Made by a program: the position numbers and the translations under genes | The notes under the pieces: generated by a model | Told to the model about the DNA's origin: nothing | Database searches by the model: none | Seen by the model: the letters and a program-made list of their open reading frames with translations, nothing else | Shown: positions 1 through 13,960 of the stretch, one piece after another | Layout of the letters: every line of letters starts with the position of its first letter | Numbering within the stretch: the first letter of the stretch is position 1 | NCBI RefSeq assembly: GCF_018350175.1 | Contig: NC_058368.1 | Span: 44,394,001-44,458,000, forward strand | Direction: 5' to 3' | Source: Felis catus | Taxonomy: Eukaryota | DNA length: 64,000 nt

Positions 1-64
1 CATCACATTTGATATTAGGTTTCAACATATGAATTTGGGGGAAGACAAATATTCAGCATACAGC
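1..64 (-). mobile_element. MaLR LTR end (MLT1/MST-like), cut by window edge
   Basis: atcacatt..ttaggtttcaacatatgaatttggggga..aatattcag is the reverse complement of the typical MLT1A/MST LTR start. Confidence 0.7.
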
Positions 65-413
65 CCTATCCTTCATATAAATGAAATTATAGTATTTGGT
101 AAAGGAAGGTCCCTTTCTATGGAATGTCATCAGGCATTAGGCTTTTGACTGGTTTTGGTAAATTAATACAAAACATATGGATCTATGAGCCAGGATTTTT
201 AAAATGTCATGTATTTTGGGGGTATAAAATAGAGATGTTTTATAAACTAGATGATCCCAATAAAAGATAATAATCTAAGAACCACAGTTTGGTATGCCAC
301 TTACTCTGAACCAGAAAGAACATGTGTCTGATCTATGAAAGAAGGACCTGGGGGAGGGGGGGCTGCCCTCAATATCCAGACCTGACCACAATCTTGTATC
401 TCTTGATTGTTTC

Positions 414-456
<43 letters not shown>

Positions 457-458
457 TT
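414..458. repeat. (TTTA)n microsatellite
   Basis: Direct reading. Confidence 0.95.
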
Positions 459-489
459 AGAAATCTATACTGGGAAAGATCTCTAATTT

Positions 490-2340
490 GTGTTGGTCTA
501 ACTTGAAATCCAATTCTTTGTATTAGTTAAGTGTTTCCTCTCAAATTTTGTGTGAGCTACGAGGTAAGGGCCAACGTTCATTTTTAACATATAATTATGC
601 AATCAATAAAGCACCAGTTATTCAAAAAAAAATTTTGTCATTATTTTGCTATTGCACATTTGTTGTTGTAACTTAGATGACCATAGTTGCTATTATTTTC
701 ATTACCCTATATATCTATCCTTACACCAATGCTATATTCCTTTTATTATTGTGAATTCACAGTGAGGCTTCATATTGAGAGTATAAATACTCCAGCTTTG
801 ATTGTTTTCCTCAAGATTATTTTGACTCTTCAGTGTCCTTGGCAATTCTGTATACATTTTAGAATCATCTTATCAGTCTCCAGCAACAAAGAGGAAAGAA
901 TGAAAGAAAGCAAGAAAGCAAGAAAGAAAGAAGAAAAGGGAAGGGATGAAAAGAGGAAGGAAGGAAGGAAGAAAGAAGGAAGAAAAAAGGAGGAAAGGAG
1001 GATAGAAAGGGAAAAAAGGAAGATTCTGTGATCCTTAAATTTTAACTGGGATTGCACTAAATTTCTAAATAATATTGAAGATTGATATTTAAAAACAATC
1101 TTGTCTTTCATTCATATGATGTAACTATCTATTTGTTTAGATAAATTAATCTCTGAAATGGTTTGAAATCCAGTGTATGAGTTTTCATATCTATAGTGAG
1201 ACTTATTGGTATAATTTTGATATTTTAAAATATTATAAATAATATGTTTTTTAATTGATGGTTGGTGGTATATAGAAAGAACATTAATGTGTGTATATTT
1301 ACTTCTACCAGAGACCTTACTATTCTTATTCATTGATTCTAATTCTATATCCCTTAAATTTTTCATCTTTCAAAGTCATGTTATCTGTAATGATATTTTT
1401 CCATGTCCTCTACCAATCTTTATACAATTTATTTCTCTACAATATATACACTTTTTCCCCATACGCAAAGACATGCAGTACAATGTTCAATAGAAATGGC
1501 CATAAAAAACATTTTTTTAAATTTTGTTCCCAAAATTAGAGGAAAAGCATTCAATATTTTCCATTAAGTATGATGTTGTCAAAAACTGCTTTCTTTTACT
1601 TTTTTGAAATACTAATTATAAGATTAAGAAAACTCTATTTCATTTAGTTAGAATTTTCAGTGTCTGTTGAGCATAAAATTTTATATTTTTTTTACCTTTT
1701 TCCTCTTTGCTAATACAAAATGCATTATTTTTTTAAATATCAATTCAACTATTATTTAACCTTTCTTGTAGATTTCTTAGCAAATTTTGAGTGTAAAATT
1801 ATTCCAGGCTCATAAAATGAGTTGAGAAGTGATCTTTCATTTAATTTTTTTCTGAAAACCTGGGTGTAATATTGGTAATATTCCTTCCTTGAATGTTTTG
1901 AATTAACAAATAAAGCCATATGAACTTAGAAATATCTTAGTGAAAAAGTAAATTATGGACTCAATTATTTTAAAAACTACAGGTGTAACAAATATTTCAT
2001 ATTGTTTTTTATGTCAGTTGTAATAAATCACGATTTCCAAAACCTTTTGCCATTTCATCTAAATTTTCAAACTTATTATCAATCTATAATACTTTCTAAA
2101 ACCCTTTTAATGTCTGTAGGATCTATAGTAGTGATCCATTTCACTTCTAATTAAGTAACACGTATTTTTTTCTTTTTATTGATCATTCTTTCTTACTTAT
2201 AATTTTAAATTTTTCTTAAGATCCAATACTTAGGCTTGTAAAATTTTCTTTATTGTATGTCTCTTTTTACTTGATGAATGCTTTTTAAAATAATTTCCAG
2301 CTCTTTCTTAGGATTTTGAGAATAATGTTGAGATCACTGA
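490..2340 (-). mobile_element. Old degenerate L1 (L1M) ORF2 fragments
   Basis: Antisense L1 motifs such as ggaaaagcattcaatattttccattaagtatgatgtt and ggctcataaaatgagttgagaagt. Confidence 0.7.
887..1023. repeat. GA-rich purine low-complexity tract
   Basis: gaaa/gaag/ggaa units; explains the Lys/Glu/Arg-rich ORF. Confidence 0.9.
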
Positions 2341-2362
2341 AATTCAACTGTTCTTATTTCTT

Positions 2363-2580
2363 TTTTTTTTAATTTTTTTTAATGTTTTATTTATTTTTGA
2401 GACAGAGACAGAGCATGAGCAGGGAAGGGGCAGAGACAGAGGGAGACACAGAATGTGAAGCAGGCTCCAGGCTCTGAGCTGTCAGCATAGAGCCCGATGC
2501 GGGGCTCAAACTCACAAACTGTGAGATCATGACCTGAGCCTAAGTCGGACGCCTAACCGACTGAGCCACCCAGGCGCCCC
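2363..2580 (-). mobile_element. Can-SINE (felid SINEC type)
   Basis: Poly-T tail, (GA)n, ends gagccacccaggcgcccc; TSD tgttcttatttctt at 2349 and 2581. Confidence 0.97.
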
Positions 2581-2650
2581 TGTTCTTATTTCTTAATACA
2601 AACATTGAAACTCTGTACATATTTAGCTCCACTTTCCTCTTCCTTATTTT

Positions 2651-2880
2651 TCATTTTTTAAAATATTTATTTGAGTTTGACAGAGAGAGAGAGAGCATGT
2701 GCACACACTAGCATGCATGAGCGGGGGGCTGGCAGAGAGAGAAGACAGAGGATCCAAAGTGGGCTCTGTGCTGAGAGCACTGACTGCAGAGAGCCCGAGT
2801 GGGGCCTGAACTCACAAATGGTGACATCATGACCCGAGCCAAAGTTCGACTTTTAACCGACTGAGCCACCCAGGCGCCCC
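2651..2880 (-). mobile_element. Can-SINE
   Basis: SINE body ending ccacccaggcgcccc with T-rich tail. Confidence 0.93.
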
Positions 2881-4009
2881 ATCTTCTTCCCTAATTTTAA
2901 AAATAATACTGTTATATGTTTAAGCTCTACATAAATTTAAGCTTCAAAAACATTATCATCATTATTAGTAATGGTGTAATAATTACAACTGTAATTACTG
3001 TAATAATACTACCACTGTAGTAGTAAGTCCACATTTATTTGAATCATACACATTACTTCTTTGACCTGACCCTGGCTTATTTCCTTTAGACTTTCTATAT
3101 CTCCATCTATAAATATTTTCCTTACACTTGAAGGGATTTTTTTTAATAATTGGTTTAGTGCAGATGTAACAATTAATCATTCTATTCATCTGAAAATGTT
3201 TATTTCAATTTATGTTTTAAAGAATTTCTAAGTATAGACTTCTAAGTTGGCAGTTATTTAATAATAGCACTTTAATACTACATTTCATTGTTTTGCATAA
3301 TTCCCATTATTTCTGCTGAAAACTCATCAATCTATCTTGCTGGACTCCCTTAAAAGTAATGTAACTTTTCAATAGAGGTAGGAGTGACCATATTAGAGGT
3401 CATTGCTACAACAATTTATCATAAAACGAGTCTTGCCTCTGTGGAATTTTAATTCTTCTAGTTACTTTTATATCACAGCTTTCCAAACTCTTTAAGAACA
3501 TGAGTTTTGTATTTTTTTCTTTTGATTATCTTACTTTTTATGGCAAGAATAATAGCAACTACATCATACCTTAAAGCAGACATTCTTATTTATTTTGTAA
3601 GTTTTGTTTTCATTGCAATTCAATCAGGCATACTTACCCACACTCTAGTTATAAAAGGTAAATAGCCTATTCTCAAGATGTTAGGGAAATGAAAAATAGG
3701 ACAAAGGTGTTACTCATTAAACAGAGTAAATATTTGTATTAATTTAACATATAACCTTCCCAATACTGATTCCATAGTAAATGTTAAAACTTTTAAATAA
3801 AAATTACTAACATAGACATTTTGAATACTAGATTGAACTGCAAAAAGTTCTATTTTAGAATAATTTATTATATAATTCCAAATTGACACCAATTATTCTC
3901 TAACACCTGTAAGGAATAACTACACTCTAATCCTTATGTAGAACGTGCCCTAAAACCATAATTACCGTCACATATGCTATCTGCCTGATTAGTATTTTAC
4001 CTCCATTAG

Positions 4010-4715
4010 TTTTTTTTATTGAAGTGTAATTGACATACAATATTACATGATTGTTTCATGTGTACAACATTATGATTAGACATTTATATACATTGAAAAT
4101 GATCACCATAAGTCTAATTATCATCTGTCACCATACGAAGTTAACACAGTATTATTGTCTATATTCCTTATGCTATACATCACATTCCCATGAATTATTT
4201 TATAACTGTAAGTTTGTATTTCTTCATCCCTTTCATCCATTTCATAATCCCCCCACCCTAGCCCCCTCTCCTCTTGCTACTATCAGTTTGTTCTCTGTAT
4301 ATATGAGTCTGGTTTTGATTTTTTTAAACATTTTTTAAGTTTATGTATTTTTTTGAAAGAAACTGAGTGAGTGTGAATGGGGGAGAGAGAGAGGAAGAGA
4401 GAGAATCCCAAGCAGACTCTGAACTGTTGGCACAGAGTGTGATGCGGGGCTCGAACCCTTGAAACTGTGAGATCACAATCTTAGCTGAAACCAAGAGTTG
4501 GACTCAACTGACAGCCACTCAGGTGCTCCCAGTTTTGATTTTTTTGTTTGCTCATTCTTTTTTTTGTTGGTGTTGTTTCCACATATAAGTGAAATCACAC
4601 AGTATTTGTCTTTCTCTGTCTGGCTGATTTTATTTACCATAATACCCTCCAGGTCCATCCATGTTGTTACAAATTGCAGGATTTTATTTTTTTATGGCTG
4701 AATAATATTCAGTGT
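4010..4715 (-). mobile_element. L1 3' end (L1MA-like) interrupted by a SINE
   Basis: ttttattgaagtgtaattgacatacaatatt start; ccacatataagtgaaatcacacagtatttgtctttctctgtctggct. Confidence 0.88.
4321..4530 (-). mobile_element. Can-SINE nested in L1
   Basis: SINE body; TSD gttttgattttttt on both sides. Confidence 0.92.
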
Positions 4716-6892
4716 TATCATATGTACATGCCAAAATGTTAGTATGAAATTTTACATATTTATATAGTAACCATGTTCACTGTGAAACGTACACAGCATT
4801 TGAAAAATCAACTGATAAATAATACAAAATAAAACTAAGTGAGGCTTATGTAGCTGGAGTAAAATATCCTTTGCCATAATTATAGACATGTAATTATGGT
4901 TCTCAATTATAGACATTATATGTCTAGAACACAGCTAAAATTATTAAACATTAATTCTATCATTTAACTTCCCCCAAATTCATTTGATTTTTTGAACACT
5001 ATCTACATATTTTCCAGATAGAAATGAAAAAAATTCTCTAGCTCATCCTCCACAATGGTTTCCAATGACTGACTAGTTGTACTTCTTGAATCTCATCATC
5101 TAATCTAAAATGGCGAAGGTGAAGATTTAAAAAATGTTTCTACGTTATAGAATGGAAAATATTTTAGGATCTATGCATATTTAATTTTTATGTATACTTT
5201 CCTTAAAGTTGGAATATTCTACTTTCTATGCTTACTAGAAAACTTTTAATTACATATATTTTGACTTGTGACAACAAACTATTCAGGAAATGGATCATAT
5301 GTTATACCAATAAGATTTCATTTCTAAATAGCTTTTAGAATGTAAACTAAGTATTGCCATTTGTAATCCATTCTTATCCTTTTCTCAGTTCTTATCTTAT
5401 ATGTTAGGGAAATTTATTTTCAATGTTAAATCATTTAATTAATAAAATGCTATTTTTTGAATGTTTATGATGTGCTAAGTCTGAGATAAAAGAAAAAGAA
5501 AATTTTCTCTCTCCTTAAAGATTCTCATAATATAATGAAAGACATTAAACACTGACTTTAATTTTCCATTTAAGAATATTTGCTATTGAATCATCTAGTT
5601 TTGTGTTGCACTTGAAAAAGTAGAATTAAATGTATAATTTTTATCACTATTACACATTGCTATTTATTTTCATCAAAGTTGAAGTTAGCACAAACTATGT
5701 AGAAAACAAACCTTTCAAGTTATAATTGGCCTAATCACAAATTCATTTATCTTCAAATATAAAAATAGACAACTTTCTTCATTATATAAAAGTGTTACTA
5801 ATGAATTAAAACTTTGAACTTGAGAGTTAGAAAAATATGATTGAAGATTAAAAAAACCTTACCTTAATCAACATTATTTCTTGTAACTTAATTAAAAGCA
5901 ATTTGAAATTAATTTAATTTCTTTAATTAACTAGTCAAGAATATGTTTGATTAATGTAATTGTTTGTGAACTGACAATTTTGTATTTAGGAAAAGTGGAA
6001 TGTTGATTTTTAAGGTTATATCAGCTTTAAAAATATTATAAAGAGGCTTATTTGAACTATTTAAGATGGCATGAACAACTACAAAATTATCCAAATGGTT
6101 TGTGTTAAAAGACTCTGTTCATTTCACTCATTTGTTTTATTTTTCAAATTTATCACAAATTGATATTATTAATTTTTACTTTTATTGTCTGTTATTCTAC
6201 ACCTATTTCTTGAACTCTGAATGCATGGACTTTGTCCATTGTGTTTATTGCGGTATCTTATAACACTTCCTGACATGGTATATATTAAATAATTTTTATA
6301 GAAATAAACAAGAAAGGAAGAAAGGGAGGAAAGAAGGGAGAAAGGAAGGAAGGGATGATGTAAGAAAGGGAAATTTTTAATATTAGCAAGGATGTAAAAT
6401 ATGTAATGTCACTGGAATCCTTAAATATCAAGGCCAGAAAATCATAACTGTAGGGAATATTAAGTTATTGGAAAATACAGTGCAAGAGCATAGGAGGAAG
6501 CTAAGTTATTAAGCCAAAGAAGTTGATCTTTATTGATAACAAGGAATTTCAAGATAGAGAACCAGGAATCTAAATTCAGAAGGTGAAGGCCAAAGAGTTA
6601 GCAATCCTGAAGTATTGTGTGTACCAGCCAATTCACTGATGTGTACGAAGATTTGGAATCCCAGTAGCCAGACAGCACCCAAGAATTGTGTGCTATTCTT
6701 CTTATCTTCCACTATCCTACTCAGTCAGGTTCTTATTAAACGATCCTAGATGTGTCTTGTCATTTTCTATTTCTTTTGACTTTTAATTGACCCTTATATC
6801 TAATTTTCTAAAATTCTTCCCTTATTTTGACCTTCCAATTTACCCAAGATACATACTTATAATTCTCCCTCCAGCTCTGTTACCTTATGCAA

Positions 6893-6894
<2 letters not shown>

Positions 6895-6925
<31 letters not shown>
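6895..6925. repeat. (CA)n microsatellite
   Basis: Direct reading. Confidence 0.95.
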
Positions 6926-6926
<1 letters not shown>

Positions 6927-7339
6927 GATTATGTCATCCCATAATATTATCTACACTTCATAGCTCTTAAAAAACTGGCTTTAAATCATGTCATGAGAGT
7001 TTCTTCCTCTATACTGTAATCTGTGAGAGAAGGAATCAGTTTAGTGTCTTTTTACCAATGTACTCACAATACTTAGCCACTCTCAACACATGTAACACAT
7101 ATTTATAAAATACACACATTAACTACACAAATGATCAAACTAAAGCAAAATGAAAGAGTACGTTATTTTTTCTATGAGGAAATATTCTCAACAGTGTTAT
7201 CATTAAGTTAAGAGTTAAAAAATTATATTATTTTATACTACTGATAATTCTTTTTGAAATAAAAACATTAATATATTGCAGGAACTTTAAAAATTCTATC
7301 CTTAAAATAACTTCCTTCTGAGGAAATCTATCCTAAAGA

Positions 7340-8610
7340 TTGTGACCCAAGCCTTGCTGTTGGACCTCCACATGACATTTAACTGGCTCTTATGCACCTT
7401 GCATCTCTTGAAGGCTCTTGGATTCTCAGAATCCCCACTTGCATTAGCACAAAACAAGAGGGTGAGATGGTCTTTCATGGGCTTATGACTCAGCTTATGA
7501 TCTCATTCTCTTCTTTTGTAATGTAGGTCCTCTGTCATCTCTTTCCAAAAAAGCCCCCTCTCATCCTCTCATCGCAGTTGAAAACTTGCTCTGGCAGGTA
7601 AGACTCAGAAGCTCTTGGATGAAGTTTCAGCTCCGTGAGAGTCCAAACTTTCAGCCTCTCCATGCCTCACAACACTATGGATGCCACTTCTCCTCTTAAA
7701 GTTATCAAGCCATCCTCTACTTCTCTTGAAGCCTTCATCATTTTCTGTTGACAAACCTGGCCTCTCACTTATGAGGTCATATGTCAGTGTACAAGACTTT
7801 TGTCATCTTGCAGATAATTTCTTGGTCACAGCATCACGTGCTAGTTGATTCTCAAATCCAAACAGAAGCAACTTTTCTACATCTTTCTGAACACATGGCC
7901 GCTGCTTTGATATTCGCGTAACTCCATTTGCTGCATCTAGCCCCCTTCTTTCTTCTTTCTTTAATATTGTGAAAATGGTCAATGTAGACTTCTTATAAAA
8001 TCTTGCAATTTTGGCCACTTGCATACCTTATTCAGACTTCTTGATGATTTCCTTCTTAACTTCCACTGTAGTCATCTCCTTCTTACTGCCTTTCTTTTTA
8101 ACCTTTTTCTGTATGGTGGCCATTGTATATGCTTGCATGGATACTGACTACAGTACAGTATTAATAAACTCTTGTCATATACTGTATTTAATGTAACTGG
8201 CAATAAGGCAGCAGAGGAAAGGGTCTATATCTTCAGGCAGCCTGACCTAGAATGAAGCAAAGCATTCCTAAGCTTATTCTTATACGGAAATGCAAAGAAC
8301 TGTCCATAGGTGCTTTGAAGCGATAAAAAATACACTAGTGTCACTTGTGGGCACTTTCTGAAAAATAACTGATTTATGCCAAACACCATGGCCTGACTGA
8401 GCATCTGAGCATGGGAGACTATCATCCACAATCTCACAGTGAGAGAAAGAGAAGAACTATTGGCTCAGTTGTGATCATGTGACATTCGGTGTCACGTAAT
8501 ACCTCATATTGCAGACATCGCTTGTTTATCAAGTTAAAATTTATTAGAAATGTTTGCCCATTTTGTGGAACTCTCACAGAACAAGTAACTCGCAGTTCAA
8601 GGTTTTACTA
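7340..8610 (-). mobile_element. Tigger (pogo/TcMar) DNA transposon with decayed transposase, carnivore Tigger2-like
   Basis: Minus strand from ATG 8123: MATIQKKVKKKGSKKEMTTVEVKKEIIKKSE*GMQVAKIARFYK (CENP-B-type HTH), later QVFNCDERGLFWK, TLLFCANASG, SENPRAFK..MWRSNSKAWVT (DDE domain). TIR-like caaggttttacta then TA at 8611. Stops and frameshifts; other end missing. Confidence 0.9.
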
Positions 8611-9036
8611 TATCTATCTTTCTAATTAAAAATGGAATAGCATTTACTCAGAGGCTTATCCAGACTAGAAAGTAGTAACATCTGCTAAAATTTATTGAGT
8701 ATTCAATATGTCATAGTCAGTTACACAGTAATTCAAAGACATTGATAGAAACCTTATGAAAGGGTTGCTACTATATCCTCATGTTACAGATGTTGTAACT
8801 GAAACACTGAATAAGCAAGCCTTTTAAGGAGAAATTTATATCCTTCCTTTTAAGGGTGAATTGCATACAAGATATAACACAAAACACTGACCAAAGGGCT
8901 GTTTGATTTCATACCACTTGTTCTCTGTTCCAGCCACAGACAATATTTTTATTTTTGCTTTTTCTAGAAAATACCTCAATCTTTCTTGCCTTCCATACTT
9001 TGCATGTGCTATTCCCTCTACTTAGGTCTGTTCCAT

Positions 9037-9278
9037 GGGGCACCTGGGTGGCTAGGTTAGGCCTCTGACTTTAGCTCAGGTCATGATCTCACACTCCGTG
9101 AGTTCGAGCCCCATGTCATGCTCTGTGCTGACAGCTCAGAGCCTGGAGCCCGCTTCAAATTCTGTGTCTCCCCCTCTCTCTGCCCCTCCTCTGCTCATGT
9201 TCTGTCTCTCTCTGTCTCAAAAATAAATAAAAACATTAAAAAAAAACCCTTTTTTAAGAAAAATAAAATAAAATAAAA
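9037..9278 (+). mobile_element. Can-SINE
   Basis: ggggcacctgggtggct head, (CT)n, aataaa and A-rich tail. Confidence 0.95.
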
Positions 9279-9379
9279 GAAGGACGGTTCCAGGTTTGTT
9301 TGTTTTTCAGAGATGGTTTCTTCTCATCAGAGAATTCTTCCTGTTTGTCCAAGAAAAAGTAAGTCCATTTCATTTACAA

Positions 9380-9605
9380 TAGGCAGTGTGATTATGTGAT
9401 TAACTCTGTTCAGTGGCAGACTGCCAGATCTAAATACTAATTATGCAATTTAGTAACGTCGAAATCTTAACACAGTAATCTACCTTTTGTTTCTCATTTT
9501 CTATAAACTCCAGTTAATACCTAAATCCAACTGACCAGAATATTTTAAAGGTTAGGTACAATAAAGCATTTAGAAGATGGGTTGGCACAAAGAAGTCACT
9601 CAGAA
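9380..9605 (+). mobile_element. MIR-like ancient SINE fragment
   Basis: Degenerate core ctcattttctataaa..gttaataccta..taaagcatttagaa. Confidence 0.5.
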
Positions 9606-11290
9606 AATTGTATTAAAATGTATATTTTATTAAAGATGTATAATCTTTTAAAAAAATGTATATTTTTATTATACAAAATGTCTTCCGTTTTTCTCTGTAA
9701 CCAAAGGAAAATAATAGGAGTAGAGGAGGCTAGAGATTAGAGGTCTACATTAAGTTTTACTGAAAAACAAAGTTTTCCTTTGTAAAATGGAATAAGAAGA
9801 TTTCTAGTTTCCTAACCCAGTAGGTTACTATAAACCTAAAATTATACCAGCTATAAATTTCATTGTTTTTAAATTATTGGAGAAATAGAGGTTTAAAATA
9901 GATACCACATTTTCTTTAGCTTTAAGTATATTTAATGTAGCTCCAATATTTTATGATTATTTCGTTTTGCATATTTTTCTCGCTCAGGAACTAATAAACA
10001 AAACAACCTAGCAGACTGAAAATATTTCAAAGACTCTTTGACCTCTTTTGCATTTAATATGCAGGCTACAAAATGGCTTCTGATGTAATTAACTGTCTCT
10101 TCCAAAACTTGTTCTAAAGTAGACTATAATATCTGTGAACAATAGATTATACTACATATGAGAATCTTAACATTTGGAACTTCAGTCACATCTTCAATTA
10201 ATTTGAAGTTATACAAATTCTTCTAATATATACATTCATGAGGGGAAACCTTCACCATGGATTTTAATATATCAATGTCTTCTCTCCACTGCTTCCTTAG
10301 GGATCTCCAGGTTGTAACCACTTTTTTTTTTTTTAAGTTGAAGTCAATTACAAAATATAGTCCTTTGTAACTCAATTATTTAAAAATCTCTGCAGATGTT
10401 TTAGCTATATAAACATCCTATAATAATTCCTTCAAATATAAAGCAATTAATTTTGTAAATTCCTTATTTTCAGTAGCCTAATAAAAAGATAAAATAATTT
10501 GAAGTGATTATACCGAAGTAATTATGTGGTGAGAAAGTGCTAAATAATTATCATAATGGAACTTGCATAAGATTTTATAAATTCAGTACATTTTACCATT
10601 ATGAACTTATTCTTCATGAATTTATTGTTTAAAGAATCATTGCTCCTTTATTTTTAGTTATTAAAAAGATAAAAACAGTAAGAAATTATCCAAAACATTA
10701 AAAACATTCAAATGTTAAACTTACAGTTCTGTAAAATGTATTTTAAACACTAGAAATACTTCCAAATCATTGATGAAGGCATACATTTCATTTCACAATG
10801 GCTATAGAGTTTTTACTGGCTATAAATATGACAAGAAGCTAATAAAGATAAGACATACAATGTAACAAAGAAGTGGATTCATAAAGCATGGAGATACAAG
10901 CATGTACTCATATTTGAATTGAGTTTGCTTACCCACACGCACTGTAAAAATAAACACTATAGAAGACAGACTGAAGCTCAAGATTAATTAAGGAATATAC
11001 ATGGCAATAAAAATATTCCTAATGGGCAATAGCCCACCATTTTTCATGAAAGAATATGCTCTTAAAGGCCGTGATTAACATATTTCATTCATATTAGCAT
11101 TTATTTATCAAAACCATGTTGCATAAAATATGCTAATTACTGCAGATAACAACAACAACAACAACACTATTTAGTGTTGGAGAATTTGAAAATCTATTAG
11201 AATGATAAGACAAAGTCACAGATAAGTCTAAATTATACTAGAACATAGTGTCTTGATTATAAAAATTTAGAAGTAAAATATACCACAGCT

Positions 11291-11520
11291 TTTTTTTATT
11301 TTTAAATTTTTTTAATGTTTTTATTTTTATTTTTGAGACAGAGAGAGACAGAGCATGAGCAGGAGAGGGGCAGAGAGAGAGGGAGACACGGAATCTGAAG
11401 CAGGCTCCAGGCTCTGAGCTGTCAGCACAGAGCCCGATGCGGGGCTTGAACTCATGGAGTGTGAGATCATGACCTGAGCTGAAGTGGGACGCTCAACCGA
11501 CTGGGCCACCCAGGCACCCC
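11291..11520 (-). mobile_element. Can-SINE
   Basis: Full body; TSD aatataccaYagct on both sides. Confidence 0.97.
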
Positions 11521-13399
11521 AATATACCATAGCTTTTTATACAAAGTAAAAAAAAAAAAATAAAACATCTTCTTGGAAAATAAGAAAAGTTCCTTGTGAA
11601 GGTAGTAGTTTAGACAGACATGTAAGTGGGAAGATAATTTATTTAGGCAAATGTTTACAAGAAAATGCCTTTTAGAAAATGAACCCAGAATATGATGCAT
11701 AAGTATAAAGTCTGTTAAAAGATAAATAATTGTTTGATGTTACATGTGTATGCAAATAGTAAAAGAGGAGGGCAAAATGTAGGATGATACCATATTATAG
11801 AAAACCACTGTTCTAAGATTAGAGATGCTGACTAAAATAACTGGTGGTGCCTATACATTATATGTGTTGTAGATCAAAGAAACACATTTGGAACAGTGTC
11901 AAAGTAATGAATCTCACAATGTGATAAATGAAGATGGGGATGAGAGAATAGGCAAGAATGGTTAGCAGGTCCAGTTCAATAACAAGGTAATGAGTTGAGG
12001 ATGGGAAGGAGTGGATAAATTGAAAATGCAGTACAGACTAGATATTTTAAGGCTTCACAGCTGGTGAAAAAGAGAGGTAGGTGAGAGATAAGAATATTTT
12101 TTTCTAATATAGTTGCTTAACACACCTATAGTATAGTCATGGAATCTGAAAATTCAGGAGTCACTTGTATTAATTAAAAAAAAAGAGGTTAAATTTAGTT
12201 CAAAACATATTTAGCATTAATTTCTGATAGAAGATTATGGAGGCAATGGTTAAGGTCATGGATAAATGAAGTTAGAGCAAGCAACGTGGAAGAAAAACTG
12301 AGATCTTGGTTAACATCTACTCCTCTAACTCTTACTACAGCAATCTCAACGTGTTCTGACTATAATAAGGGTCAAGAAAAACAGCTGAGGTAGCAGGCTG
12401 CCACAATCATTACAATTCTAATTCAGGATATGCTTTATTTTATTTTCCAGGTCTAAGAACCCATCCATGAAGTTGGGATGATATAGTGAGCGAGTCACCT
12501 GATTATTTACACTGACAACCATAACAGTGGGTGAAATGACAGGCATGAACTCTATGCAAGGATTTGTCAAGGACAAAGCCTTCACAGGTTAAAGCTGAGG
12601 AGAGGAATTTATTCTTGGTCCTTACAATGCATGTACCACTCTCCCTCTTAGCAATATTATCTACTTCATTTGTGTCAGTTATTAGCTCCATGAGATGACT
12701 CTCAAATCTCTATTTCTAATCCAACCTATTCCTCAATTCTAAACCTGCTTTTTCTACTTACATTTGAATTGGAGGCATTGCTGTTATATCATCAGAGATT
12801 CAAATTGTTAGTACATCTGTGAAAAGCTGAAATGGTGCAGACATTTAGAATTGGCTGATGGATTAACTAGCATTTCTTAAGTGTGCATTTTTGGTAAGTT
12901 TATCTCTGGGTAATGGAAAGAAACAAAGTGAAAGAAATGCAATAACAAGTCTGTCTTAACAGTATCTTAGAAATAAGTAAATTTAAGCAGAATGAAATTT
13001 AAGCAATGCAGGCATATGTCAAAAGCAGGGGAAAATATGACCATAGTTGGAGAGGGAAAAATAGTAGAATCCAGAAGCCCAAATGGAAAGTGAACCTATT
13101 TTTCTACAAAATAGTGAACCTCCAAGTGTCATATGGAGTATACACACTTAGGGAAAACATTAATATTGGGGCCATTAATGAGAAAAACATCAGGCAACAA
13201 ATAAAATTGCCTAAGATGACATCCTATTCCTTGTATAACAATGACATGATAACAAAAGAAATTCAAAAGTATTTGCTTATTATAATCCAGGAATGAGACG
13301 CAACTTGCAACTGCCAAGTCCAAGTATTGGCTGTGATCTATGGAAGGAGTAAGAACAGAAATAAAATACAACGGTGATTCTCCCATTAGTATTTCCTGC

Positions 13400-13960
13400 C
13401 TCACTCATTTCTGTCACCACTGGTATTGTTGGCACTTGAGCAAGCCCAACTCTGTTCCCTCCTAAGTGCTTCTGCACCTGCTATTTACATCTACCTGATA
13501 GGTTCATTTTTCCCTATTCTTCATGATCAGCATTTTCATCAATTAAGTCTCAGCCTAAAATGCATTTATTGAGAGATATTTCCCCTGAATACATTATTTA
13601 AGAGAGCATATAACACATCTTATCTTCTCAACAAAACTTAAGATTTCTTACAAAAATATTGTTATTTGTTTTATTATTAGTTTATCTTCTTTCCCTACAC
13701 CACCCCTCCTCCTCCTCACTAACTAAAATACAGGTCACATAACAGCAGGAAACTTGTGTGATTTATTCATTATTGTTTCTCTAATAAGTGTCAGAAGAGC
13801 AGGGATTTTATTTGCCTTCTTCAGTGCTGGAGTCTGTTCATGGATAAGTGTTTGGTACTAAGAAACACTTAATAAGTATAATTTGAATGAATAAATGAAT
13901 AACTAGAACAATGATAGGCAAAAGTGGGCATGTAAGTACTTATTAAATGAGTGAATGAAT
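13400..13960 (+). mobile_element. L2 3' end, apparently one L2 tail nested in another
   Basis: Two L2 terminal motifs: ttgaatgaataaatgaat and taaatgagtgaatgaat. Confidence 0.6.

Noticed and set aside
687..1111. 114-aa and 93-aa ORFs
   Set aside because: Products of a GA-rich tract inside decayed L1.
7803..8123. Domesticated TIGD/CENP-B-like gene
   Set aside because: In-frame stop, frameshifts, truncation and a retained terminal repeat.
9037..9120. tRNA genes
   Set aside because: The A/B-box sequences are tRNA-derived SINE heads followed by (CT)n and A tails.
11327..11530. Recurrent peptide AQSLEPASDSVSPSLSAP in many ORFs
   Set aside because: Translation of Can-SINE consensus, not a gene family.
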